64,000 bases of DNA from IMG/VR virus record IMGVR_UViG_3300012352_000117, positions 8,620-72,619 of that record, one strand, 5' to 3'. Position numbers and translations under genes: made by a program. The DNA is from a virus. Each line of letters opens with the position of its first letter. The first letter of the stretch is position 1. Of the stretch, positions 44,501 to 53,086 are shown in pieces. The notes under the pieces were generated by a model. That model was not told the DNA's origin and made no database searches. It saw nothing but the letters and a program-made list of their open reading frames with translations.

Positions 44501-44514
44501 CAAGTAAGATATAA
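41503..44514 (+). CDS. gp5: baseplate spike gp5 with GH19-like and C-terminal CHAP-like hydrolase domains
   Basis: OB-fold GVVE.RDDP.KLGRC.VRV.G.H; YGRGFNQITG; YPYSKV.ESESGH...DDSPG; terminal AWCMAFVNW...HVNF...GGNQ. Confidence 0.88.
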   Translation: MIYVGVVENRDDPLKLGRCQVRVVGLHTDDKNSLPTKDLPWAYPMQPVTSAAINGIGWTPVGIVPGTWVVVMFQDKDNQMPIMLGSLGGIPQSKAAQKIALDGAQVSTGRENESTDLVSSATNAITSALSSLFGGKSSAASETLGADKDGTPTITPAKVEPTAQAMAPDAQSPSGNPSAATDATLKSAIPTKPPAKYASNATKQEQCIKAIISACDKVGLTSKYAKASILGICGGESAWLPLEEGYNYSEDALLKIFPGVFSSQPEKAKTYARWQGSRADFFRFLYSPNYKNGKGAGNKLPDDGALFYGRGFNQITGRSLYEQLERELKKIGVNAPISTQPDLLISNIEISAAATAMFYKLNVKANPDSPDYFQTALKRTGNAVGSSYEKKKIMYEYFLGEGVLPASTNKPAADETRTYSSAEVKYLPPNKQAALTEDRTGSDAQGFADPKGKYPLRNLLDEPDTNRLARGIIKETAVEFKDASRTTGVQTANGSAGTWEQPLAPFGGVYPYSKVYESESGHLMVFDDSPGHENISLYHRTGSFVDIDANGTMVHKIVGDGYVIMDRNGFVTIEGKCNVHIGGDASILVDGNADVEVKGSTNAVFHNQVDIGCARDVNWAIGGDLNLKVDGNINTTVGGNLAESVTGTHSVQTTGNMSVVTDGNYGTQVAGSYGAKVTGTMKLDVADDLSLKSGADISNDAAGEFNAKSEGMNMNAGGGNFNVDGAEFRGQQGSANPPSVSEIEAVEKFVALTLEAPAVASASGTTFELLQTPVRPSPQIIVKTEVSDKYEAQAADFQKNPGKYYNADAEKAGVNPQRPPQPDIGDAGQSLKSGAEPSDIQAFLSKQLVLAKEGYWSETGMKDKTKSNPNIMAMWKDIGMESVAKGLGDQTAWCMAFVNWTLKQCNYRYVQSARAYDLRDKPDRWKMTKVTDPQPGDICVWSYSHVNFVYEVKNGKCTFVGGNQGGGKVTDNNPTGGSVTISYPNGVAPSNSSIVGFYRPSKI

Positions 44515-44516
44515 AG

Positions 44517-45104
44517 ATGGCGTGGACACCAACTATACCGTTGTTAGGCACCGTAGTCGAGTTTGAGAACTTTAGTTTTCCGCTCGACTATACTACAGTT
44601 GGAGTTGATCCGTTAACTGGACTAGAGACAGAAGTTCATTACCCAGTTCGTATAACGACAACTTCACCTAAAGATACTGTAGTGCTTGCTAATTCTCAGG
44701 TTACATGGACTGCTCCACCTGGAGGTACTGGATTATATTCGTATGTTCTTGGAACTGGAGCTAGCGTTTCAGGTTTCTTTAAGTATGTCTACAACGACAC
44801 TGTCGAGTATATGAATTTTGATAAAGATATCATTACTTTAGCCGGCACAGAGACTACAGGAACATGGGAACTATTTGACGTTAACGATTGTTACCAAATG
44901 TTGTCATTCAAAGCAGACACTACAAGATATCGTCAGTTCTCTTATACGGCTGAAGCATACACTAAGTCTAGAGTTGGCGGAAACGATGTTATAAACGTAG
45001 TGTCAACTCTAAATTGTACTATAGATGTAAGTGATAGAAATTGGACACCAGGTATGACTGCACTTAGAAACGCAGTAGCAACTACTAAAGCAAGAGGGGT
45101 ATAA
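44517..45104 (+). CDS. hypothetical baseplate-region protein
   Basis: 195 aa between gp5 and PAAR. Confidence 0.65.
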   Translation: MAWTPTIPLLGTVVEFENFSFPLDYTTVGVDPLTGLETEVHYPVRITTTSPKDTVVLANSQVTWTAPPGGTGLYSYVLGTGASVSGFFKYVYNDTVEYMNFDKDIITLAGTETTGTWELFDVNDCYQMLSFKADTTRYRQFSYTAEAYTKSRVGGNDVINVVSTLNCTIDVSDRNWTPGMTALRNAVATTKARGV

Positions 45105-45403
45105 TGCCAGCAGTAGCTTTACAAGGACAAATGTCAACTGGGCACGGATGCTTTCCACCGACTGCCGCAGTAGGTCCATACACAACAAAATCGTATTTCA
45201 ATGGAAAGCCTATTCAACTGCGCGGCACTACTCAATATGCCCCGCATACTTGTGGAAATACTACACACCCATCGTCTGCACGTAAAGTGAGTGCGGCTGG
45301 AGGCACCTTCTACTTAGAAGGTAAACTAGTTGCTATGATTGGAGATATGATTGACTGCGGCGACGCCGTAGCAGAAGGCTCACCTACAAGTTTCATCGCA
45401 TAA
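45104..45403 (+). CDS. PAAR-like spike tip protein (gp5.4-like)
   Basis: MPAVA..G..STGHGCFPP; H.CG...H; G..VA.IGD...CG..VAEGS. Confidence 0.85.
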   Translation: MPAVALQGQMSTGHGCFPPTAAVGPYTTKSYFNGKPIQLRGTTQYAPHTCGNTTHPSSARKVSAAGGTFYLEGKLVAMIGDMIDCGDAVAEGSPTSFIA

Positions 45404-45416
45404 GAGATAAATAAAT

Positions 45417-45809
45417 ATGTCTAAACCAGAACCAGTTTTTGCTGATATTGACTTCAATTTTACACGTAATCCAATCAGTAATGATATTACACGTAAGACT
45501 GATGTTGAGGCTATCAAACAATCAATGAAGAACCTCATCTTAACGATGTTCTTCGAGAGACCCTTTAGAAGCAATCTAGGTTCTCCAATTAACAACTTAT
45601 TGTTTGAACCAGCTTCGCCGATGCTTGGCATGATGCTGAAAAAAGCAATAGAACAAGTTATAACTAACTTCGAACCAAGGGTAGACCTTCAGGAAGTTGT
45701 GGTGACCGTATTGGCAGACGAAAACCTAATGAACGTAGAAGTTCATTACACAGTCTTAGGAACACAGGCGCTACAGACCTTCAACATGATCCTTGAAAGA
45801 ACACGATAA
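45417..45809 (+). CDS. gp25: baseplate wedge subunit
   Basis: DID.NF..NP...D......EAIKQS.KNLILT...ERPF....GS; I.NFEPRV. Confidence 0.92.
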   Translation: MSKPEPVFADIDFNFTRNPISNDITRKTDVEAIKQSMKNLILTMFFERPFRSNLGSPINNLLFEPASPMLGMMLKKAIEQVITNFEPRVDLQEVVVTVLADENLMNVEVHYTVLGTQALQTFNMILERTR

Positions 45810-47644
45810 TGGCAGACAATAATAAAATCAGAGTAGACGAACTAGAGTTTGAGGGAATCAAGAACAACCTCAAGAATTTCTTACGTGGTCAAAAACAGTT
45901 CAAAGATTATGACTTTGATGGATCTAACCTTTCCATCTTAGTTGACGTTCTTGCATACAATACTTACTACAATTCTATCTACAACAACCTTGCGTTAAAC
46001 GAAATCTTTATTGATTCTGCTAGCAAGCGTAACAGTGTTGTCTCTATCGCTAAGCAACTTGGTTATACGCCAAAGTCTACTAGATCTGCAAAAGCATATG
46101 TTACTCTAACTGTCATTTATCCAAACACTGAAGAAGTCGCTGATCAGCTAGTGTTACCGAAACACACTCCTTTCACTTCTGTTATCAATGAAACTACATA
46201 TTACTTTATAAATTTAGATGAAAGAATCGCTACTAAAGATGCTAGCGGTAAGTTCGTATTTGATAATTTAGAGATCGTTGAAGGCCGTCCATCTACAGAG
46301 AAGTATATTGTAGAGCCTGGTGTTAAGATGCGAATCAATAACCAGTTTTGTGATACATCTACTCTAAGAGTTTATGTTAATGACAGCGCGTTGACTGGTG
46401 ATCCTGTCATCTTTTCTCAAGCAGACGGTATTACTGGTGTAGGTCCTACAGCAAACATTTATTTCTTAAAAGAAATCGATGATGGTTTGTATGAAATCAC
46501 ATTTGGAGATGGTTCTGTTGGTGTAAAACCAAAGAATGGTAATCTGGTTACGTTCGAATACATTATTTCTTCTGGTCCAGATGCTAACAACTGCAAGACA
46601 TTTAAACCTGACCTTGGTGTAATTGGCCAAGGTGCTACAGTTAGAATTGCTACAGTTAGCTCTGCTATCGGTGGTGCAGAAGCTGAAGGTATTGAGAGCA
46701 TTCGATTTAATGCTCCTCGTAGTAACGTTACACAGAATCGAGCTGTAACTGAAGGTGACTATCAGAATATAATCTTCTCTAACTTCGATAACGCTAAATC
46801 TATTAGTGTTTGGGGTGGAGAAGATAATAACCCTAAAGTGTATGGTAAAGTCTTTATCTGTGTTAGACCTAAGACATCTTTGTATCTTACAGACGATGAA
46901 AAACTATTGTTGAAGAATAGCGTTCTTAAGCCAAAATCAATTATTACTTCATATCCAGAGATAGTTGATCCAGAATATTTGAATATTCAAATAAATACTA
47001 CATTCTACTATAATCCTGCAAACACTACTCGTAGCGTAGCTTCTATCATTGATATTGTTAAGAGCACAATCTCATCTTATGCAGCAAGTGATTTGCAAAA
47101 GTTTAATGGAACTTTCCGCCAATCTAAGATAGCTAGACTTATCGACGGTTGTGAAAAATCAATTCTAAGCAACGTGACAACTATCTTGTTAAGAAAAGAA
47201 GTAGAGCCAAAATACAACTCTAACGCTCAATACTATCTTGATATTGGAAACCCTATCTATACTGAAGGCGTGCCAGAAGATTCAGTTATCTCAACGGGTT
47301 TCTATCTTCCAGATGGCGGCACCACAGTGTACTATCTGAGAGATGACGGTGTTGGAAACATGGTCTTGTACTATAAAGACGGCTTCCAAGAAGTTGTGGT
47401 AAATAGAACTATTGGTACTGTAAATTACACAAAGGGTGTTATCTCTATCAATGGACTTCAAATTTCAGCGATTGCAGATACTGCGTTCGAGTTTATCATA
47501 AAACCAGAGTCATACGACGCTGTTGGCGTTAGAAATCAGATTCTAGAAATTCCTACATCAATGATCACCGTTAAAGCACTAGTTGACACTGTCGCAACTG
47601 GTCGTGGAACAACTTCTTACGTACACACCTCAAGCAGATCATAA
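45809..47644 (+). CDS. gp6: baseplate wedge subunit
   Basis: LEF..IK.NLK.FL..Q..FKDYDFDGS.LS.L.DVLAYNT; QNRAVT..DY; WGGE.N.P..YGKV. Confidence 0.93.
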   Translation: MADNNKIRVDELEFEGIKNNLKNFLRGQKQFKDYDFDGSNLSILVDVLAYNTYYNSIYNNLALNEIFIDSASKRNSVVSIAKQLGYTPKSTRSAKAYVTLTVIYPNTEEVADQLVLPKHTPFTSVINETTYYFINLDERIATKDASGKFVFDNLEIVEGRPSTEKYIVEPGVKMRINNQFCDTSTLRVYVNDSALTGDPVIFSQADGITGVGPTANIYFLKEIDDGLYEITFGDGSVGVKPKNGNLVTFEYIISSGPDANNCKTFKPDLGVIGQGATVRIATVSSAIGGAEAEGIESIRFNAPRSNVTQNRAVTEGDYQNIIFSNFDNAKSISVWGGEDNNPKVYGKVFICVRPKTSLYLTDDEKLLLKNSVLKPKSIITSYPEIVDPEYLNIQINTTFYYNPANTTRSVASIIDIVKSTISSYAASDLQKFNGTFRQSKIARLIDGCEKSILSNVTTILLRKEVEPKYNSNAQYYLDIGNPIYTEGVPEDSVISTGFYLPDGGTTVYYLRDDGVGNMVLYYKDGFQEVVVNRTIGTVNYTKGVISINGLQISAIADTAFEFIIKPESYDAVGVRNQILEIPTSMITVKALVDTVATGRGTTSYVHTSSRS

Positions 47645-50265
47645 TGCCAAAGTTTTCTAAGATAGCTGATATCGTTTCGAGTCAGCTTCCTAATTTCGTA
47701 CAGGATGATTATCCTACGTTTATTGCTTTTCTAGAAGCGTACTATACGTTTCTAGATCAGCAGAAAATGACTCGCAATCTCGAGTACATTAAGGACGTTG
47801 ACTCTACGCTAGACGATTTTATCGGTTACATTAGACGCGAAATCGCTCCAGAAATTCCTCAGAACAATCGCTTCTTTATGAACCACGCCAAAGAAGCGCA
47901 ATTGGCTCGTGGTAGTGAAGATTCGTATCGTTCGTTGTTTCGTCTGCTTCTGAAAAAAGAAATTGATATTCAGTATCCAGCTGAAAAGATGTTAAGAGCA
48001 TCTGGTGGAGAATGGGAACAAGACACATCTTTCTTTATGAAAGTTACTGCAGGCGATCCATTCACTCTGCAAAACAATTACTTGTATATCAATTGCGTGA
48101 AAAGACAGACTGCTCACAAGCATCGTGTGTATGTCAAGAAGATTCAAAAAGTAGAAACTACTTTAGACATCTATGAAGTCTTCATAACTAAGAATTACTA
48201 TGGAATTATTGATCATGACGATGAAATTAACTATAACGGTGTAAAAGCAGTAATTCAACCAACAACTGCTAAAGTAAAAATCGTAAAAGCTGGTAATGGA
48301 TTCAAGGCTGGTCAAGTTTTCAATATTGGCACTTCCACGGCTTCTGGTCTTCAAGTAAAAGTAGTTAAGACTACTCCAGATGGTGGTTTAAAGCAACTGC
48401 AGATTATTTCGTTTGGTGTAGGTTTTAAGAAAGACTTCTACTACAATCTTACTAGATATCAGGCATTAGCCAGTTCTCAAGCTATAAGTGGTTTGAACAT
48501 ATCAGTTAACGACGTTCTTACTGATGGTAACGATGCTGGTGTATTGAACAAAGTTAACTATCACTCAAACTATGCTGAAGGTAACTACGTCGGTGATGTT
48601 TTGGCTGACTTCTATAGCACAAATATTCCTGAAGAATCTGAACAAGTTGTCGCTAGTATATTAGTAGAGCTAGGTGGTATTTCTAGATATCCTGGCTACT
48701 ATAAGTCTTCAAACAGTCTTATTGATGATGACAGTTTTATCCAAGACGGTGAATACTATCAAGACTTCTCATACGTCATTAAGATTGACGAAAAACTAGA
48801 TACTTATCGCGATACTGTTCTATCAATTCTTCATCCTGTAGGCCGTAAACTATTCGGTGAATATCAGTTAGATTCTTCATTCCAGTTAGATCTAGAAATT
48901 TCTAACCCAGTTATTCGTATTCTGATTCCACAGTTCTCTGAATCTGTAGAAGCAGTCTCTATGCTAGACAGAACAATCTATGGTGTTGAGAACTTTAGAT
49001 TTGTTGCGAATGGAGTGCTTGATAGCTGGCAGATCTATGATCCAGAAAACCCAGTAGCCTCAGTTATTCTATTTGTCAAGTTAAACGGTGTTTCTCTAGA
49101 TAGAGTTCAATACTGGGATATTGTTGGCGACAACGTAGTTTTTAACTTCGTTCCAACTAGTGGCGATATTATCGAAGTTAGATACGCTGTAATGAGCTAC
49201 TCTGGTAGCACTTCTCTTCAAACAGCGATATTTGACGTGCGTAAGCCTCTATCGGATATCGCATCTTCAATGGAAGATGTTGTAAGCACAAAAGCATTTA
49301 GTAAATCACTATTGCCTGCTTATGGATATATCGATGAAGTTACACAAACGGATGTTAGAGTAAATCTGACTACAAAGGTATTTCCATCTTTAGAAATATT
49401 GCAAGATCCACAATCTACAAACAATCAAAAAGATTACTTTGTGATGGGCGACACTGGTACTGCCGAAGGTGCTGCACCAGAAACAAACTTAACTATTAAA
49501 GGCATTAGTAAAGCACTAACGTCTGCAAGCGTTACACCGTTATCTGACGCAGCTGTATTCAGCATGTCAAAACCATTGACTGACACTCAATCGTTGATCG
49601 ATTCTTCAGTTAACTTGTTTACTAAGATTCTAAATCCATCTACTGGATATACAGATCAAGTAAAGATGACAAATGGAACTGGTGCTACAGAATCTGATTC
49701 TACTGATACTAACACCAAGTTTGTTGTTAAGCCTCTAACAGATTCTATTAACTCTGCAGCATTTACACATACTGTAGGTTTTACTTTATCTAAACCTCTA
49801 ACAGATTCTATTAACTCTGCAGCATTTACACATACTGTAGGTTTTACTTTATCTAAACCTCTAACAGATTCTATTAACTCTGCAGCATTTACACATACTG
49901 TAGGTTTTACTTTATACAAGCCTTTGTCAGATTCCATCAGCGATTTTACTGATGCTTCTACAAAAGTTTTTAATAAATACTTAGCTGATAGCGTTACCAT
50001 TGCTGAAAACATTGGTTCAGTGCTATTGATAAGAAATCTTAGTGACAGCGCCATTGTTGGCGATTATGCCAATAAGACTATGAATTCTGGTGCTGTGACA
50101 GAAACAGCATCAGCAACTGACTCTTCAACTTCAACATTTATGAAGAGTCTAACTGAAACTGTAACTATAAATAGTACAGGATATTTACAACTAAACCCAT
50201 ACTCTTCTGACCTGACATTCTTCGCTGAAGAATTCTTAGCAGGAAGAACAGACATCACCATCTAG
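47644..50265 (+). CDS. gp7: baseplate wedge initiator-like protein with C-terminal repeats
   Basis: SQLP.FV.DDYP.F..FLEAYY; YQD.SYV; LHP.G; C-terminal KPL.D repeats. Confidence 0.7.
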   Translation: MPKFSKIADIVSSQLPNFVQDDYPTFIAFLEAYYTFLDQQKMTRNLEYIKDVDSTLDDFIGYIRREIAPEIPQNNRFFMNHAKEAQLARGSEDSYRSLFRLLLKKEIDIQYPAEKMLRASGGEWEQDTSFFMKVTAGDPFTLQNNYLYINCVKRQTAHKHRVYVKKIQKVETTLDIYEVFITKNYYGIIDHDDEINYNGVKAVIQPTTAKVKIVKAGNGFKAGQVFNIGTSTASGLQVKVVKTTPDGGLKQLQIISFGVGFKKDFYYNLTRYQALASSQAISGLNISVNDVLTDGNDAGVLNKVNYHSNYAEGNYVGDVLADFYSTNIPEESEQVVASILVELGGISRYPGYYKSSNSLIDDDSFIQDGEYYQDFSYVIKIDEKLDTYRDTVLSILHPVGRKLFGEYQLDSSFQLDLEISNPVIRILIPQFSESVEAVSMLDRTIYGVENFRFVANGVLDSWQIYDPENPVASVILFVKLNGVSLDRVQYWDIVGDNVVFNFVPTSGDIIEVRYAVMSYSGSTSLQTAIFDVRKPLSDIASSMEDVVSTKAFSKSLLPAYGYIDEVTQTDVRVNLTTKVFPSLEILQDPQSTNNQKDYFVMGDTGTAEGAAPETNLTIKGISKALTSASVTPLSDAAVFSMSKPLTDTQSLIDSSVNLFTKILNPSTGYTDQVKMTNGTGATESDSTDTNTKFVVKPLTDSINSAAFTHTVGFTLSKPLTDSINSAAFTHTVGFTLSKPLTDSINSAAFTHTVGFTLYKPLSDSISDFTDASTKVFNKYLADSVTIAENIGSVLLIRNLSDSAIVGDYANKTMNSGAVTETASATDSSTSTFMKSLTETVTINSTGYLQLNPYSSDLTFFAEEFLAGRTDITI
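49732..49915 (+). repeat. 63-nt perfect tandem repeat (about 2.9 copies), 21-aa unit
   Basis: Units start at 49732, 49795 and 49858; each encodes PLTDSINSAAFTHTVGFTLSK. Confidence 0.95.
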
Positions 50266-50274
50266 GAGAACTAA

Positions 50275-50727
50275 ATGAACGTACTCGAATCTCTAAAAGC
50301 TACCGGTGCGCTTAAAATCGAAAGATTCAACAGCACCGGCGACATCGTCGAAACACTTGAAGTCCCAAACCTTGTTGTTACCGTAGGTAAGAACTTCATT
50401 GCGTCTTCAATGTTGAAGACTACAACTAACTCCCCAGCTGCTATGACTCACATGGCAATTGGTTCGGATCTAACTGCAGCAGCTGCAGCTAACACAACTC
50501 TAGGTGTTGAACTTGGCCGTGTTACTCTAACTGCATCTACAGTTTCTGCTAACGCAGTTACTTACACTGCTACTTTCCCAGCAGGTACAGGTACTGGTGA
50601 CGTTAAAGAAGCTGGTATTTTCAACGCAGCATCAGCAGGTACAATGCTATGCCGTACAACTTTCCCAATCGTGACCAAGCAAGCTGGTGACTCTATCGCT
50701 ATTACTTGGGTTGTTACTGTAAACTAA
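50275..50727 (+). CDS. structural baseplate/fibre-associated protein
   Basis: NLVV..G, MA.G, L..ELGR, ATFPAG.GTG...EAG.FNA...G.ML.RT.F. Confidence 0.65.
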   Translation: MNVLESLKATGALKIERFNSTGDIVETLEVPNLVVTVGKNFIASSMLKTTTNSPAAMTHMAIGSDLTAAAAANTTLGVELGRVTLTASTVSANAVTYTATFPAGTGTGDVKEAGIFNAASAGTMLCRTTFPIVTKQAGDSIAITWVVTVN

Positions 50728-50728
50728 T

Positions 50729-53050
50729 ATGGCTACTTCTGTTCTAAGGCAGACTGTACATACCTCGTTAGCACGTACACTGCTAAACGAGGTATTGACT
50801 CGTTCTGTAAAATACTACTTCAGTTATGGAAAGACTGACTCTTGGGGGACCGACACTGTACCTGATGCCTTAGACACGTTAGATTATGAACTATTGGCTA
50901 GAAAGAATACAGTCTTTGTAAAAGAAGTTCTTCCAAGTGACACATGTCTAGTTGCACCAAGATACAACTGGGTCTATGGTTCTGTATATGATGACTATGA
51001 TCAATACACTTCTTCAAGAGTAGCGTTCAGTGGAGCGCCAAGTCTTGAAGAAGCTGTTTACTACGTCATGACAGACGAATACAACGTATACAAGTGCTTG
51101 TTTAATGGAGCTAATGCGTCTTCAACTGTAAAGCCTACTGGTACATCAGTAAGTGCTTTCCAGACAGAAGACAATTATATCTGGAAATTCATGTATACAG
51201 TTCCAACTTATCTAAGAAACAAATTCTTGTCTAGTACACAGATGCCAGTCACTGTTGCTATTCAGAATGCGTATTACTCTGATGGTAAGATCGAAAAGTT
51301 TTCCATTGCGGCAAAAGGCTCTGGATACGTACCTAACAAAATATTGACTGGTACTGTAAGCAGCTTTGGAACTAACTATCGTAAAGTTTTTGGAGCTGGC
51401 ACTCAGTTCTTGACTGCTTCAACTCCAATTGGTAGTCTTTGGACAGCGCAGACTAACGTATACGCTGGACAAAAACTATATTATTCTACTAGAGCTTACA
51501 CTGTAATTGCTGCAGGTAAGACAAGTTCTACTGCACCAACACACACTAGTGGCACCGTCGCAAACGGCACTGCTACGTTAAGCTATACTGGTGTTCTACA
51601 GTATGACACTTCTCAGCGTTTAGCAACTGGCGACACTATTGTTATTAACAACGAGGTTAGAGTTGTTGCATCTGTTGAAAGTGATACTGAATTAACTATA
51701 AGATCTACTGATCCACAATTGTATATCGGAACTGCTTCTCAGATTACAAAGTTAAACACTTATCTTGAAATTGTAAGTGGTGACGGATACAAAGAAGCAA
51801 ATCCATACATCTTAACCGGTGTTGCTATTACTAACGCTGGTGTGGACTATGGAGATCAAGAATTCGATGTTACTGTAGTTTTCTCCGAACCAACTCTTCC
51901 AAACGGAAGAATTGCAAAGGGCACTGCTATAGTAAATGCATCAGGTAACATAACTGGTGTAACGCTTGATGACGCTGGTTATGGATATGCAATTCCACCT
52001 AAGATTAGTTTTGTAAGTAACACTGGTCTAGGATCTGGAGCAACTGCTACAGTTACTTACACACGATCTAAAGCATACTTAGATCCAGTTGTTAATGAGA
52101 CAACTGGTGAGATTACCAATGTTAGAATCGCAGATGCTGGTATTGGATACACCTATGCCAACATCACTGTTCGCAGAATTAAAGTTCAAGTCGGAACTTA
52201 CACAGACGCTGAAGTTTCTGTTGATGTTAACTTAGGTCAGATCAATACTCAACAAGCAACTGTAGAAGCTTCTGCTGTAAACGGCGCTATCCACGTTATC
52301 AAGATGGACAATCCTGGAACTGGTTACACCACTGCAACATTGACTGTTAACGGCGACGGTACCGGATGCACTGCTGTACCAGTGATTGAAGCAGGTCAGA
52401 TTAAGCGTGTTGTCGTTACTAATCCAGGAAAAGAATACACGTATGCTACAGTGACTGTTACTACTACAGATACTCCTTCAGTTGTTGCAGTTGCTAGAGC
52501 AGTTATTTCTCCTTCTGGAGGTCATGGCAAAAACGCTATTGACGAACTTGGTGCTAGAACAATTCTATTCTATAACAGACTTGAAACTACACCTATTCAA
52601 GGCATCACTGTTTCTGCAGACTATCGTCAAGTGTGCTTGTTTAAGCAACCAAAAGTCTTTGGAAGTCAGCTATTGTATAACGGATATGTTGGCGCTACGT
52701 GCTATAAGATGACTGTTGATATTTCTGGAAAGCCAGCGTTAAGTACTATTCCGCTAAACAGCGAACTTAGAATAGTTCCATCCAATAGCACTTCAACGTA
52801 TGTTAGATTTAGACTAGTTGCACGCACAACAAATTCTATGTTGCTGCAAGCACTAGATAATAACGATGAACAAGTAAGAACTGGTTATAGAGTTCGTCAC
52901 TCTAACGGCACTGACTATTACACAATCTCTGTTGTTGATAAACCAGATGTTGAAAAACTACAAGGTGAGATTGTGTATATCGACAATCGTCAACCATTTA
53001 AAGCTTTGACAGATCAACCAGTTTCTATTTCATCTAGATTCAGACTATAA
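50729..53050 (+). CDS. gp8: baseplate wedge subunit with large insertions
   Basis: RYNW..G..YD.YD; YYVMTDEYNVYKCL.N...ST.KPTG; D.Y.WKFMYT; SP.GGHG; G.IVYIDNR.P. Confidence 0.8.
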   Translation: MATSVLRQTVHTSLARTLLNEVLTRSVKYYFSYGKTDSWGTDTVPDALDTLDYELLARKNTVFVKEVLPSDTCLVAPRYNWVYGSVYDDYDQYTSSRVAFSGAPSLEEAVYYVMTDEYNVYKCLFNGANASSTVKPTGTSVSAFQTEDNYIWKFMYTVPTYLRNKFLSSTQMPVTVAIQNAYYSDGKIEKFSIAAKGSGYVPNKILTGTVSSFGTNYRKVFGAGTQFLTASTPIGSLWTAQTNVYAGQKLYYSTRAYTVIAAGKTSSTAPTHTSGTVANGTATLSYTGVLQYDTSQRLATGDTIVINNEVRVVASVESDTELTIRSTDPQLYIGTASQITKLNTYLEIVSGDGYKEANPYILTGVAITNAGVDYGDQEFDVTVVFSEPTLPNGRIAKGTAIVNASGNITGVTLDDAGYGYAIPPKISFVSNTGLGSGATATVTYTRSKAYLDPVVNETTGEITNVRIADAGIGYTYANITVRRIKVQVGTYTDAEVSVDVNLGQINTQQATVEASAVNGAIHVIKMDNPGTGYTTATLTVNGDGTGCTAVPVIEAGQIKRVVVTNPGKEYTYATVTVTTTDTPSVVAVARAVISPSGGHGKNAIDELGARTILFYNRLETTPIQGITVSADYRQVCLFKQPKVFGSQLLYNGYVGATCYKMTVDISGKPALSTIPLNSELRIVPSNSTSTYVRFRLVARTTNSMLLQALDNNDEQVRTGYRVRHSNGTDYYTISVVDKPDVEKLQGEIVYIDNRQPFKALTDQPVSISSRFRL

Positions 53051-53053
53051 ATA
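53046..53053 (+). promoter_or_regulatory. T4 late promoter
   Basis: Exact TATAAATA upstream of the DUF4815 gene. Confidence 0.75.
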
Positions 53054-53086
53054 TAGTTGACAGTAAAATAACCTGAAGGTAAAAGC

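Noticed and set aside
49732-49915. Possible CRISPR array
   Set aside because: The repeats are contiguous with no spacers, in frame inside a CDS, and no cas operon is present.
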